DNA of 64,000 nt, taken from the IMG/VR virus record IMGVR_UViG_3300022468_000772, positions 86,224 to 150,223 of that record; one strand, written 5' to 3'. Origin of the DNA: a virus (lineage: Duplodnaviria; Heunggongvirae; Uroviricota; Caudoviricetes). Shown here piece after piece: positions 28,119-36,923 of the stretch (position 1 is its first letter; every line of letters begins with the position of its first letter). The notes below the pieces were generated by a model, which worked only from the letters and a program-made list of their open reading frames with translations, did no database searches and was not told the origin of the DNA. The position numbers were made by a program, and so were the translations under genes.

Positions 28119-30146
28119 TTAGACTTCCTTGTCAACCAATTCAGCAGTGGCCTTGATTTTCTTGGACAGACCGAAGTTCATTTCCAGAGTTGTATTTTCA
28201 TACGAACCCAAATCAGTGAACCACTTGCGACCCAAAATTACACCAAACTTGGCCTTGATGATCTTGTCACGCAGTGTAGCGATGTTACCCTTCAGGAGCT
28301 TTAGAGCAGTTTCGTTATCGGTCACAGGTGCCAAATCCTTCAGTACATTAGCAACCACTTCCTTAGAAGGGGTCAGGCTCTTGCCAGCAGCGATATCGGC
28401 TTCCACATCGGAGATTTTGGGGATGCTGTTCAGACCAGACAAACCAATCTCCAGTGCCTTAGCAACGTATGCATCGACACTTTCGCCTTTGACAGACTTG
28501 GGGGAAAACCCGCTTGGCGTCACACCATACTGTTTCAGGAACAAAGCACCTTCTGCACCGTACTTCTTAGCGAAGTCTTCGGAGAATTCAGGTTTCTCAA
28601 TTCGCGAATTCAGAATCTTCTGTGCAACACGCAATTTGTACAGGTCAAACTGCCATGTAAACATGTCTTTAGCGGTCACAGGAGCCGCCATGGAGCGATT
28701 GATGACAGGCATGTTGGATACATCGATCACATACGTTGCATTGATCTTGAAAGGCTCCAGAGGAATGCCATTTTGAACCAACAGATCGTATGTTGCTTTG
28801 GTCAACACCACAGGCAACTTCTTCACATTCACAATACCATCACGAATGATAGCATAGTTGCGCCAGATGAAACTTTCCACAGAGTTACCAAAGCCCAATT
28901 CATTGTCAGGCAGAGAAACAGTACCATCACGGCGAGTCAGGATCGACACGTTAGGCCGGTCTTCATCAAATTTCAATGTGCTGATAGCAGCCTTCACTTC
29001 ACCTTCTTTGGAAGAGAATTCTGGCTTGAAACCGCCTTCATCAGCCACCACTTCACGCTTGCCACCGATAGCATTGTAGCTGAATTCGGGGTGAGAAATG
29101 TGCAACAGGTTACCTTCGGTGTCTGCCAAATCCATCAACAAAGTCAGCACGTTGTATGCATTGGGGTCTTGCTTCAGCTTCAGATTGCGTGGCTTATCCT
29201 TGAACGGTTCGTAGTCACCAACAAAGGATACCACACGGTTGAAGTCTTGCTTTGAGAATGCATTCTGTACAACATTGAACAGAGATTCATCACCGATCAG
29301 ACCAGACAGTTCCAAAGCCTTGTCAGATTCACCACGTTGGATCAATGCACCCACCACTTGAACAGCAGCGAATTCATCTTCAACGGTTTCAATATCACCG
29401 GAACCTTGGAAGAAAGAGTAAGCAATGCAATTCGAGGGGAATGCTGCTTTACCGGATGCGTCAGGCTTGACAGTCACATAGCTTTGATCCATATGACCCA
29501 CAATCAGGGTGTCCAGAGGCAAACCTTCAACCACTTTGCGCTTACCAGAAGAACGAGTAGTCAAAGAACGTGTCAGAACGTCAGTATAGGATTGGAAGTC
29601 ACCAGCACCGATCATTTCACCACCCATTTCTTCAGCCATTTGGGTCAGGAAAGCATCATCGGCATAGTAGCCATAGGAAACCACCACAGAGCTTGCAACA
29701 TGGTCAGCGACCTTGGTACACACCTTGATGATTTCGGAGCGTGAGGATTGGTTTTCGCCACCGTCAGACATGAATGTCATGGATACTGGTCGGTCAGTGC
29801 TATCGATAGCCAACTGTACCACCTTTTCCAGAGGGTCTTTGAAACCGGTCAGGCCACGTGCAACCAAGAAACGGTCAATAGCGGTATTGACGCTTTGCAG
29901 GTCTTTGGCAGTCGAGATTTGCAGGTTTTCGAAGATGGTGCCGCAATCGCCACGTGAAGAGAACCAAATCAGTGTCAGCGTGTCTTCTGGTTCGACCAAT
30001 GTAGGCAGCTTGTTTTTCAGGTGATTGCGCAGCTTAGGTAGTTCGCCATACATGCTTCCAGAGCAGTCAACCACCACAATACGATGCATAGGAATGACAA
30101 CTGCTACTTCAGCCTTGTCTTCGAAATGTTTTGTCACAAGTTTCAT
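28119..30146 (-). CDS. large von Willebrand factor A (vWA) domain protein with long C-terminal extension
   Basis: VVVVDCSGSM (MIDAS DxSxS) at the N-terminus, then TLIWFSS...G and MSDGGEN; 675 aa from the M of MKLVTKH (RBS AAGGAAA). Confidence 0.6.
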   Translation of the reverse strand: MKLVTKHFEDKAEVAVVIPMHRIVVVDCSGSMYGELPKLRNHLKNKLPTLVEPEDTLTLIWFSSRGDCGTIFENLQISTAKDLQSVNTAIDRFLVARGLTGFKDPLEKVVQLAIDSTDRPVSMTFMSDGGENQSSRSEIIKVCTKVADHVASSVVVSYGYYADDAFLTQMAEEMGGEMIGAGDFQSYTDVLTRSLTTRSSGKRKVVEGLPLDTLIVGHMDQSYVTVKPDASGKAAFPSNCIAYSFFQGSGDIETVEDEFAAVQVVGALIQRGESDKALELSGLIGDESLFNVVQNAFSKQDFNRVVSFVGDYEPFKDKPRNLKLKQDPNAYNVLTLLMDLADTEGNLLHISHPEFSYNAIGGKREVVADEGGFKPEFSSKEGEVKAAISTLKFDEDRPNVSILTRRDGTVSLPDNELGFGNSVESFIWRNYAIIRDGIVNVKKLPVVLTKATYDLLVQNGIPLEPFKINATYVIDVSNMPVINRSMAAPVTAKDMFTWQFDLYKLRVAQKILNSRIEKPEFSEDFAKKYGAEGALFLKQYGVTPSGFSPKSVKGESVDAYVAKALEIGLSGLNSIPKISDVEADIAAGKSLTPSKEVVANVLKDLAPVTDNETALKLLKGNIATLRDKIIKAKFGVILGRKWFTDLGSYENTTLEMNFGLSKKIKATAELVDKEV

Positions 30147-30377
30147 AATTAAAGTTTCCTTTGTTGTTGAGTTTAATATTCTACCACGGTTTTTTGGTTT
30201 GTACAGTGCGTTCGTCAAACAGTTTTTAGGTCTATACCAAAATGCTTTTCTAGATCATTACTGATGATGTCAACTCCGTAATTATCAGCATGTACAAAAA
30301 CACATTCCTGAATAAGTAGTTTTGCAAACTCATTTTGTTCAGGTGTAAATTCGATATTCGCAATTAGAGCAATCTTC

Positions 30378-30806
30378 TCAATTGGTGTCAGCATTTATAA
30401 CTTCTTTCAAGAAATTATGACCAGTAATACACCCAATCATAAACCAATTTTCGCCACTAAAACTCTCCACAGTTGTTTGCTGTAGCAATTTATTAAACAT
30501 GAAATTAATAGTGATATCGGAAATTTCAGTATTCACTCGACGCAATTTTGCTTCTGCATTCAATGCTCTTTCGCGTGACCAGTTCGCGTCTTCCCTCCAC
30601 CGAGATAATTCGGTTTGAGTTTCTTTCAGTTTTGCTTCTGCTTCGAGGGCACGTTTTTTCCAGATATCCAAATCTTCACGCGCACCTTCATATGCCAGAG
30701 ACATATCGGGTTTGGTTGCAATGCACCTTTCGCAACTACCACAGTTGTTGCCGAGTGCCCAACAGCCTCTGCAGACTGCACCTTTGTATACATTTTGATT
30801 AGGCAT
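30378..30806 (-). CDS. zinc-ribbon (4 Cys) plus coiled-coil protein
   Basis: CRGCWALGNNCGSCERC at the N-terminus; heptad-rich middle. Confidence 0.4.
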   Translation of the reverse strand: MPNQNVYKGAVCRGCWALGNNCGSCERCIATKPDMSLAYEGAREDLDIWKKRALEAEAKLKETQTELSRWREDANWSRERALNAEAKLRRVNTEISDITINFMFNKLLQQTTVESFSGENWFMIGCITGHNFLKEVINADTN

Positions 30807-31059
30807 TTTTATCTTCCTGCATTTTGTCTAGAACCAGACGGATATCGCTCTGAACACCTATCGGCGCAAAGAATACCCACATGTTATGAGTTTTAGATAG
30901 GTTACCGGTGATCCAATCCACATTCTCGCGATAGAAAAAGTTTTGATTGAGGTAATCAAGACGTTCTTTGTCTCGCTCATACACTCGCACCTTTTCTCGT
31001 GGAACGAGCATGGTATTGATATCCTTGATATCACCCGTAATTTCGTAAAGTGTTTTCAT
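30799..31059 (-). CDS. hypothetical protein
   Basis: 86-aa ORF. Confidence 0.4.
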   Translation of the reverse strand: MKTLYEITGDIKDINTMLVPREKVRVYERDKERLDYLNQNFFYRENVDWITGNLSKTHNMWVFFAPIGVQSDIRLVLDKMQEDKNA

Positions 31060-31085
31060 TTTTCCTCGCTATTTTCTTGTATCAA

Positions 31086-31511
31086 TTACATGCAACGCCA
31101 CATCATAACACACCATTGTGTATCAGTTACATCGACTGGTGCATACAGCGCACCTTCTCCATCCCAACCATCTTGATCATGCAAAGGGTGTTCAAAAGAT
31201 GCACGTTTGAATTTTACCACAACACCAGTGATGTTGGAAGTGATTTCCAATTCATCGGGCCAAGAACCGCCATCATAGTGAAAAGACATCACCTTGATTT
31301 TCTTGTTCAGTTTTGCATCAGCCATGTTCAACTTTTCAACAGTTTTCTTTGGTGCTGATTCAATCATTTTCTGTGCAATCTTTTCCAGTGTACGAATTTC
31401 TGTGGAGTAGAAGTCGTTCATCTGATCAACCGAACCAACACGGACATCTTCACCGTTGATTTTGGCCCAAACTTCGGTTTGCATGTTGGCGGCTGGCTTT
31501 TGGAAGATCAT
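31086..31511 (-). CDS. hypothetical protein
   Basis: 141-aa ORF downstream of a promoter/leader copy. Confidence 0.45.
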   Translation of the reverse strand: MIFQKPAANMQTEVWAKINGEDVRVGSVDQMNDFYSTEIRTLEKIAQKMIESAPKKTVEKLNMADAKLNKKIKVMSFHYDGGSWPDELEITSNITGVVVKFKRASFEHPLHDQDGWDGEGALYAPVDVTDTQWCVMMWRCM

Positions 31512-31520
31512 GTTAATTTA

Positions 31521-31556
31521 CCTCTTTTGCGTTTCGATGGAAGAATTATAACATAG
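31521..31556 (-). promoter_or_regulatory. early promoter plus conserved leader motif (copy)
   Basis: rc: CTATGTTATAATTCTTCCATCGAAACGCAAAAGAGG; lies immediately after the terminator. Confidence 0.5.
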
Positions 31557-31580
31557 AAAAAGGCCCCGAAGGGCCTTTTG
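31557..31580 (-). terminator. bidirectional rho-independent terminator
   Basis: AAAA AGGCCCCGAAGGGCCT TTTT. Confidence 0.6.
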
Positions 31581-31594
31581 CAATCTTTTTGAGA

Positions 31595-32392
31595 TTATTT
31601 GCCAATATTCATTACTGACATACCATGTGGAATCAGAATTGTCTGAACTTTTCCGTTTGAAACTGCTTCCGCTACCTTCAAATTGGCTTGAGCATTCATG
31701 TAAGCAATGCTTTGTCCAGAGTTCGATGCCAGTGCAGCCATACGCTCAGATTCCAGCTTTGCCAACTTGACTTCGTTTTCCTTGATCTTCAATTCGTTTT
31801 GGCTACGCACAAATTCAGTAGCAGAGGCCAAGATTTGATCATTAGGGACAACACTTCGAACTTGAACCACGGTCAGTGTCAATGACGAGTTCAATTTCTC
31901 ACGACTCAATTGATCATTAACTTCTGCCAAGATTTCTGCTTCCATCTTTTGGCGATTGTCTGCGACTTCAAGTGACTTGTAGTTACGAACCACTTTGTAT
32001 GCGGCATTTGTTACCAACACATTCATGTAGTCATACATCAGCAAGGTGTCACCATCATCACGTGCGTGGAACGACTTGCTCTTGGTCGAATACAACTCAG
32101 CAACAGAACTTGGATTGATACTGTAAACAACAGTCATGTCGAAGTCTTTCAGTGGAGAGTTATCCGCTGTCATGGGAGTTTTGTCATTGATCTTGATGGT
32201 CAAGTCTTTGACAGGGAAAGTCAAAACATGTCCAACCAAAGTTTGATTCCAAGAACCGGGAGGTAGTTCAGCACCTTGAATCTGTTTGGATGCATCTACC
32301 CGAACGCCAACCTCGCCTGTTTCGATACGGGTACAACCAGTCATCAAGACAGAAGCTGCCATCACCAAACCAATCAAAATTTTCTTCATCAT
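31595..32392 (-). CDS. SPFH (band-7 / HflK/C / prohibitin-like) domain lipoprotein
   Basis: Signal peptide plus lipobox LMTGC; SPFH core TADNSPLKDFDMTVVYSI ... LTLTVVQVRSVVP... then a coiled-coil tail. Confidence 0.65.
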   Translation of the reverse strand: MMKKILIGLVMAASVLMTGCTRIETGEVGVRVDASKQIQGAELPPGSWNQTLVGHVLTFPVKDLTIKINDKTPMTADNSPLKDFDMTVVYSINPSSVAELYSTKSKSFHARDDGDTLLMYDYMNVLVTNAAYKVVRNYKSLEVADNRQKMEAEILAEVNDQLSREKLNSSLTLTVVQVRSVVPNDQILASATEFVRSQNELKIKENEVKLAKLESERMAALASNSGQSIAYMNAQANLKVAEAVSNGKVQTILIPHGMSVMNIGK

Positions 32393-32406
32393 ATAAATTT
32401 TCCTTT

Positions 32407-32577
32407 AAAAAAGAATTACAAAACCACTAACAAAAAGAACCGCTGCAACGATTGTAAGAATGATCTTAAAGAATCGTTGACCAATGAATTGTAGCACAGT
32501 TTTATGGTTGTTGTTCAGAAAAGTGATCAAAAAATAAAAACCAGCCACAACCAACCCAATAAACACAAACATCTTAA
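32407..32577 (-). CDS. small two-TM membrane protein (56 aa; approximate)
   Basis: MFVFIGLVVAGFYFLITFLNNNHKTVLQFIGQRFFKIILTIVAAVLFVSGFVILF, immediately upstream of the SPFH gene. Confidence 0.3.
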
Positions 32578-32783
32578 TCACTATATTTTCTCCATTTCTT
32601 CAAACATGTGTGGCAGGTATAATCCCTCCAATAACTATTACGTTCAAAATAATTACCTGTATCTGCACCGAATGTATGCGTTTTATTAAAATGTTCGCAA
32701 GACTCTTGAATTGTCTTAATCCGATCATTCAGAATAGAAATTTGAGCCTGCAGTTCAGGGACAGACATCTTTTTAATTTTCAT
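32574..32783 (-). CDS. small Cys-containing protein (putative Zn-binding)
   Basis: CEHF...CHTCLKKW; start uncertain (ORF extends to 32831). Confidence 0.3.
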   Translation of the reverse strand: MKIKKMSVPELQAQISILNDRIKTIQESCEHFNKTHTFGADTGNYFERNSYWRDYTCHTCLKKWRKYSD

Positions 32784-33045
32784 ATTCTGATTTCCAATAC
32801 TCTTCGGGCAGAGGGAATTCCCAGAACCCATACTCGCTCACTTTACCATACCCACATGTTGTATTACCTTCGATATCGGAGCTATAACTTGGGTTGTGTC
32901 CACGCTTATAAAGAGAGATAGCAACATTCTTGGCTGTGTCAGAAACAATACGCCGACCAATCGAGATTTCTTGGCGTAACTCTTTTTCATACAGTTGCCG
33001 CGCACGTTCACAAATCAAAGCAACCAACTGTTCTTCTGTCATCAT
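32773..33045 (-). CDS. hypothetical protein
   Basis: 90-aa ORF; ATGA overlap with the cd gene. Confidence 0.4.
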   Translation of the reverse strand: MMTEEQLVALICERARQLYEKELRQEISIGRRIVSDTAKNVAISLYKRGHNPSYSSDIEGNTTCGYGKVSEYGFWEFPLPEEYWKSEYEN

Positions 33046-33488
33046 ACACTTGTTTCCTTGTAATGTTGAAAATAGATAAATTTACCCATCTTGTCTAATA
33101 CTTCATTATGCAGTCGATATTCTTCTTTGAAGATAGCCTGACGGATACCAGCCTGAATCATACGAGAGCAGCATTTAATACATGGTGACAAGGTAGTAAT
33201 CATTATAGCATGCTCTAGAGGAAGGCCACGCTTCGCAGCATGTAACATAGCATTTTCTTCTGCATGGATAACAGTGTCCAGAGTTTTAAGTTCTGTCTTA
33301 TCAGCAGACAGTACAACAACCTCTTCGCAGCAGTTGTCAGCACCATTATGCGTACCGTTATATCCTGTAGAGATTATCCGACCAAAGCTGTCAACAATTA
33401 CTGCACCCACCTTACTTCGAACCGCATGGGATCGTTCGGCGGATGCAGATGCTACTTTGAAAAGAAATGGTAGCTCTTTTTCAAGCAT
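33042..33488 (-). CDS. cd: dCMP deaminase
   Basis: HAEENAM (HxE zinc motif) and SPCIKCC (PCxxC) of the cytidine/dCMP deaminase fold. Confidence 0.8.
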   Translation of the reverse strand: MLEKELPFLFKVASASAERSHAVRSKVGAVIVDSFGRIISTGYNGTHNGADNCCEEVVVLSADKTELKTLDTVIHAEENAMLHAAKRGLPLEHAIMITTLSPCIKCCSRMIQAGIRQAIFKEEYRLHNEVLDKMGKFIYFQHYKETSV

Positions 33489-33498
33489 TCTTATTCAT

Positions 33499-33609
33499 TT
33501 AAAAATATTTTAGAACACAGGCAACAATAATTGCGATTGCTGCTATATAAACAATACCCTTTACAAGGGCTTTTGTGGCACGTGCCTCTTCTTCATCATA
33601 CCAATCCAT
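33499..33609 (-). CDS. small single-TM protein (36 aa)
   Basis: MDWYDEEEARATKALVKGIVYIAAIAIIVACVLKYF. Confidence 0.25.
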   Translation of the reverse strand: MDWYDEEEARATKALVKGIVYIAAIAIIVACVLKYF

Positions 33610-34042
33610 TTTTATCCTCCCATGGTAATACAGGGTCAGCGATCCAGCGCCGACGCATACGATCCATTGCCTCTGCAGGCACATTGTGAATAGAACCGAA
33701 AGAGCCATGCACGGAAATCACTTGCGGGATAATTCCAAGTTGCAGTGCAATTTCAAAGTAAGGGTTCAGTTCACGCTGAGTAGTGAAAGTGTTGGATACA
33801 ACAACACTCCAACCTTCTTGCAGCTTTTGCGCCACATTAGACTCACACCAGTGATGTGCAGCACCGAGCTTATTCAGGTCGAAGTTGTAGTTACCTTGCT
33901 TGTCATAGAAGTACATGTCAGCTTCATAATGACGCCATCCACCATCCATAGCAATCTTTCGGGCAATGGTACTTTTACCCGAGCCCGGCAAACCCCTCAC
34001 AATCACAAAGTAGGGTTTGGTCTTACCATCCGATGCTTGCAT
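33596..34042 (-). CDS. P-loop kinase (candidate polynucleotide 5'-kinase)
   Basis: Walker A VRGLPGSGKST directly at the N-terminus, as in the T4 Pnk kinase domain; 148 aa. Confidence 0.5.
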   Translation of the reverse strand: MQASDGKTKPYFVIVRGLPGSGKSTIARKIAMDGGWRHYEADMYFYDKQGNYNFDLNKLGAAHHWCESNVAQKLQEGWSVVVSNTFTTQRELNPYFEIALQLGIIPQVISVHGSFGSIHNVPAEAMDRMRRRWIADPVLPWEDKNGLV

Positions 34043-34238
34043 AATAAATTTCCTTCTTGTAGTTGAAAGCAGCACGAACTGCTTCTGGATATACGACATA
34101 CCACAAATTGTCCAATGCAGACATTGTGGTTCCACGAACTGTGCAACGACCTTTACTGTCTGTCTCACGCATCAACTCTTTGTGCATTGCTTCAATGATT
34201 TGTTCGCCAATTTTGATTGCGTCAGACTTAGTGATCAT
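34023..34238 (-). CDS. hypothetical protein
   Basis: 71-aa ORF. Confidence 0.35.
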   Translation of the reverse strand: MITKSDAIKIGEQIIEAMHKELMRETDSKGRCTVRGTTMSALDNLWYVVYPEAVRAAFNYKKEIYYASIGW

Positions 34239-34269
34239 TTTGAACCTCGTTTGAATTTAGATGTATGGA

Positions 34270-35232
34270 TTATACACCAATTTTGTACGGTTTCAAAATA
34301 TCTGTCTTATTTTCCACAAACAAGAAGTCATCCAAGAAATCTCGTTTCACTTCAGACAGTCGCAAATAATTAAGTGACGCATATTCACGAAACCAGCCGG
34401 ATGTCAGAGTCGTACAAATCTTCTGCAACGCTTTCCGGTACAGTTCTTGCATGTAATCACCATCAAATCCAACACCATCTTCCCGATAGCGGTTAATTCG
34501 AATACTTTTGCGGTAAGGCAAATACCCACGCTCCAAAGCAATCACCCAAGCCTCTTCCATGACACATGCATCTTTGACAGCATCAGGTGCATTCTCAAAC
34601 AGATCACCAGATGATAAAACTTCACCCTTAGCGATATGCATATACGCAGGCTTTTCGCCTATAGCAATAGCAGCATGAATTGAGTCATGATCATAGATAT
34701 ATTGTACACCATCATTCGAAAAGAATTCAGATTTACTGACATTCAGTTTGATAGGTGGTCGATTATATGTCTCTTTCTCTCGCAACTCCAGAATCTGTTT
34801 CAGCGGTTCAGAAACTCTAGACTTGTACTGCTTTGACATGTAGGTTTTCAGCTTCTCCATATTTTTATGGAAATGCATAGAATCCCGATACCGGTGTGAT
34901 TCACGGATAACATACATCAAGCTAAGTGGTGCCACATTATAAAGTTTTTCAGGATTCCCTACAGAATCCATCAAATCAAGAATTGCAGCACCAGAAGAAC
35001 CTTTGAAAGCCAGTTCAACTTCGATAATACTAATCTTGTTTGTTTCGTGTTTGACCCGAATAACAAGATGGTTGCTGCTAATCGGATATTGTTCGATGAT
35101 CTTTCCACCAAAGCCATCGAGTAATTGCTTCACAGCATTAGGCCGAACAATAAAATCCCAATCCCGATTTTCATCGATATCGAAATAGTTGTATTCAGCA
35201 CGTGATCCGATTAGAACAGCAGTATTTTTCAT
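34270..35232 (-). CDS. putative pol-beta-superfamily nucleotidyltransferase-fold protein
   Basis: LIGSRAEYNYFDIDENRDWDFIV fits hG[GS]-x7-DxD, with a later IIEVELA acidic strand; 320 aa with a helical C-terminal domain. Confidence 0.3.
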   Translation of the reverse strand: MKNTAVLIGSRAEYNYFDIDENRDWDFIVRPNAVKQLLDGFGGKIIEQYPISSNHLVIRVKHETNKISIIEVELAFKGSSGAAILDLMDSVGNPEKLYNVAPLSLMYVIRESHRYRDSMHFHKNMEKLKTYMSKQYKSRVSEPLKQILELREKETYNRPPIKLNVSKSEFFSNDGVQYIYDHDSIHAAIAIGEKPAYMHIAKGEVLSSGDLFENAPDAVKDACVMEEAWVIALERGYLPYRKSIRINRYREDGVGFDGDYMQELYRKALQKICTTLTSGWFREYASLNYLRLSEVKRDFLDDFLFVENKTDILKPYKIGV

Positions 35233-35690
35233 TAGTAACCTGACGAAGACCAGTATTGATCCGAGTTATTGTAAGAAGATGTAGTGGAGTCACCGAAGTT
35301 ATAAGAGAAGCCCACATAAACAATTTTTGGATCGACGCTGTTAACCAGACGCTCAATTTCGCTTTCCAGACTATTCAGTTGGTTGCGAATTTCAGAAAGT
35401 CGAACGTTGACTGCAGCAGCCTTTTCTTGTTCTTTATCTTCCTTGCGCGCCTTTTCTTCAGCAATACGCTGTGCTTCCTTACGGGCTTGCTCTTTGCGCT
35501 CTTCTTCCTTACGGGCTTCTTCAGCCTTATCCGCTTCCTGCTTCAGTTTAGCGCGGCGTTGTTTTTCGGCATTGGCAGTTTTCAACAAAGCAGCAATCGC
35601 TTTGTCGTTCAATTGGCTCATATCCAATTCAACATCCTGAAGAGTAGATGCGGAAGTGGTGAGTTGCGAAGTTGTTCTACGAGTTACCAT
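35232..35690 (-). CDS. K/E-rich coiled-coil protein
   Basis: EKQRRAKLKQEADKAEEARKEEERKEQARKEAQRIAEEKARKEDKEQEK. Confidence 0.4.
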   Translation of the reverse strand: MVTRRTTSQLTTSASTLQDVELDMSQLNDKAIAALLKTANAEKQRRAKLKQEADKAEEARKEEERKEQARKEAQRIAEEKARKEDKEQEKAAAVNVRLSEIRNQLNSLESEIERLVNSVDPKIVYVGFSYNFGDSTTSSYNNSDQYWSSSGY

Positions 35691-35714
35691 TTCAGTTTCC
35701 TTAAATTAAATGCA

Positions 35715-36284
35715 TCAGTCTCCGTGATGCGTTGACCTTGTTTCAAATTGGAGACACTTACGAATTTCTTCCAGAGAATATGGTTTCATATCCCCTGCAG
35801 CACGTGTATCAATACCAACATCCATACACTTTCCGGTGTTTGGCTGTTGATAGTTTGAATGCCGATGACCATGCAGATGTGTTGAACCGTATCTTGACGA
35901 ATCCCATGATTCAATCGGGAAATGACACAGGATGTAAGAAGTCTTCCCAATCTTCAATTTCTTGTAGTCTTGGATAGACGCAAACACGCCCATGAATCGC
36001 AATTCGCTTTCATCATCATGGTTACCGAGAATCAGATGATGGTTGCAATGATCAGAAATCCGGCGCAGCAGCTTTTTGGTTTCATCATATTTGCCAAAGG
36101 TAATGTCGCCCAGATTCCACAGGTCGCCACCCTCTGGAACGGTGTTAATCACATTATAAATGATCAGTTCATTCATTTCTTCGAGGGTCGAACCCTTACG
36201 CGAGAATGGGCAGAATTGCTGAATTCTTTTATGGAAAAGATGCCAATCCGAAGTGAAGTATGGTTGTTGTTCAATTTTATTCAT
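35715..36284 (-). CDS. calcineurin-like metallophosphoesterase
   Basis: TSDWHLFH (DxH), LGDITF (GDxx), LGNHDD (GNHD/E), HGHRH; start at the M of MNKIEQQ. Confidence 0.6.
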   Translation of the reverse strand: MNKIEQQPYFTSDWHLFHKRIQQFCPFSRKGSTLEEMNELIIYNVINTVPEGGDLWNLGDITFGKYDETKKLLRRISDHCNHHLILGNHDDESELRFMGVFASIQDYKKLKIGKTSYILCHFPIESWDSSRYGSTHLHGHRHSNYQQPNTGKCMDVGIDTRAAGDMKPYSLEEIRKCLQFETRSTHHGD

Positions 36285-36291
36285 ATGTTGA

Positions 36292-36597
36292 TTATACACC
36301 AAAAATCTTGTTGTATTCACTTTTTGAAATTTTTTTGTAGTAGCCATGTTCAGAAAGTGATACATATTCCCCATTTAAAATTTTCTCTCTTAGGGGTTTA
36401 AACAATTCCTCAACAGTGAATTCCTCATATGCGCGATATTGTACCATATCATGAGCATCCTGTAATGTTATCTCATTTTTTGCCATACATTCTCGCGTTA
36501 AAGCACCAATAAATGATTGAACAATTAGTAATGTAGTTTGATCTAAACGTGATCCAACAACCTTTTTGTCAAATTCTTCGCGGAGTCTTGACTCCAT
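36292..36597 (-). CDS. hypothetical protein
   Basis: 101-aa ORF. Confidence 0.4.
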   Translation of the reverse strand: MESRLREEFDKKVVGSRLDQTTLLIVQSFIGALTRECMAKNEITLQDAHDMVQYRAYEEFTVEELFKPLREKILNGEYVSLSEHGYYKKISKSEYNKIFGV

Positions 36598-36598
36598 T

Positions 36599-36916
36599 TC
36601 AAGACTCCAAAACTTTAATCATGTGATCAACCCAAGCGTGGCGGTATGCTTGACGCTTTTCATACGTGCTAAGGTCGATATCTTTATTAAGATATAACCA
36701 TCCAGTAATAAACATTTCACCTTTAAGTTGTTTTCGAATCCAACCTTTAACCAATGCCTTTGATATTACATCACAATCCGTGTCATCAACTGCCCAACAT
36801 ACATATATTTGCTTGTCACTTTTTATGTCGAAGAAATTTCCAGATAATAGTTTTTTCTTCGCTTCCTTCAAGCATTGAGCCATAGCCAAATGTTGTTCAC
36901 GTGTTAAATTTGCCAT
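36599..36916 (-). CDS. hypothetical protein
   Basis: 105-aa ORF. Confidence 0.4.
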   Translation of the reverse strand: MANLTREQHLAMAQCLKEAKKKLLSGNFFDIKSDKQIYVCWAVDDTDCDVISKALVKGWIRKQLKGEMFITGWLYLNKDIDLSTYEKRQAYRHAWVDHMIKVLES

Positions 36917-36923
36917 AATAGCC

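Noticed and set aside
28129-29744. Plus-strand ORFs (215, 160 and 135 aa) inside the vWA gene
   Set aside because: Antisense to a 675-aa ORF with a canonical MIDAS motif and its own RBS.
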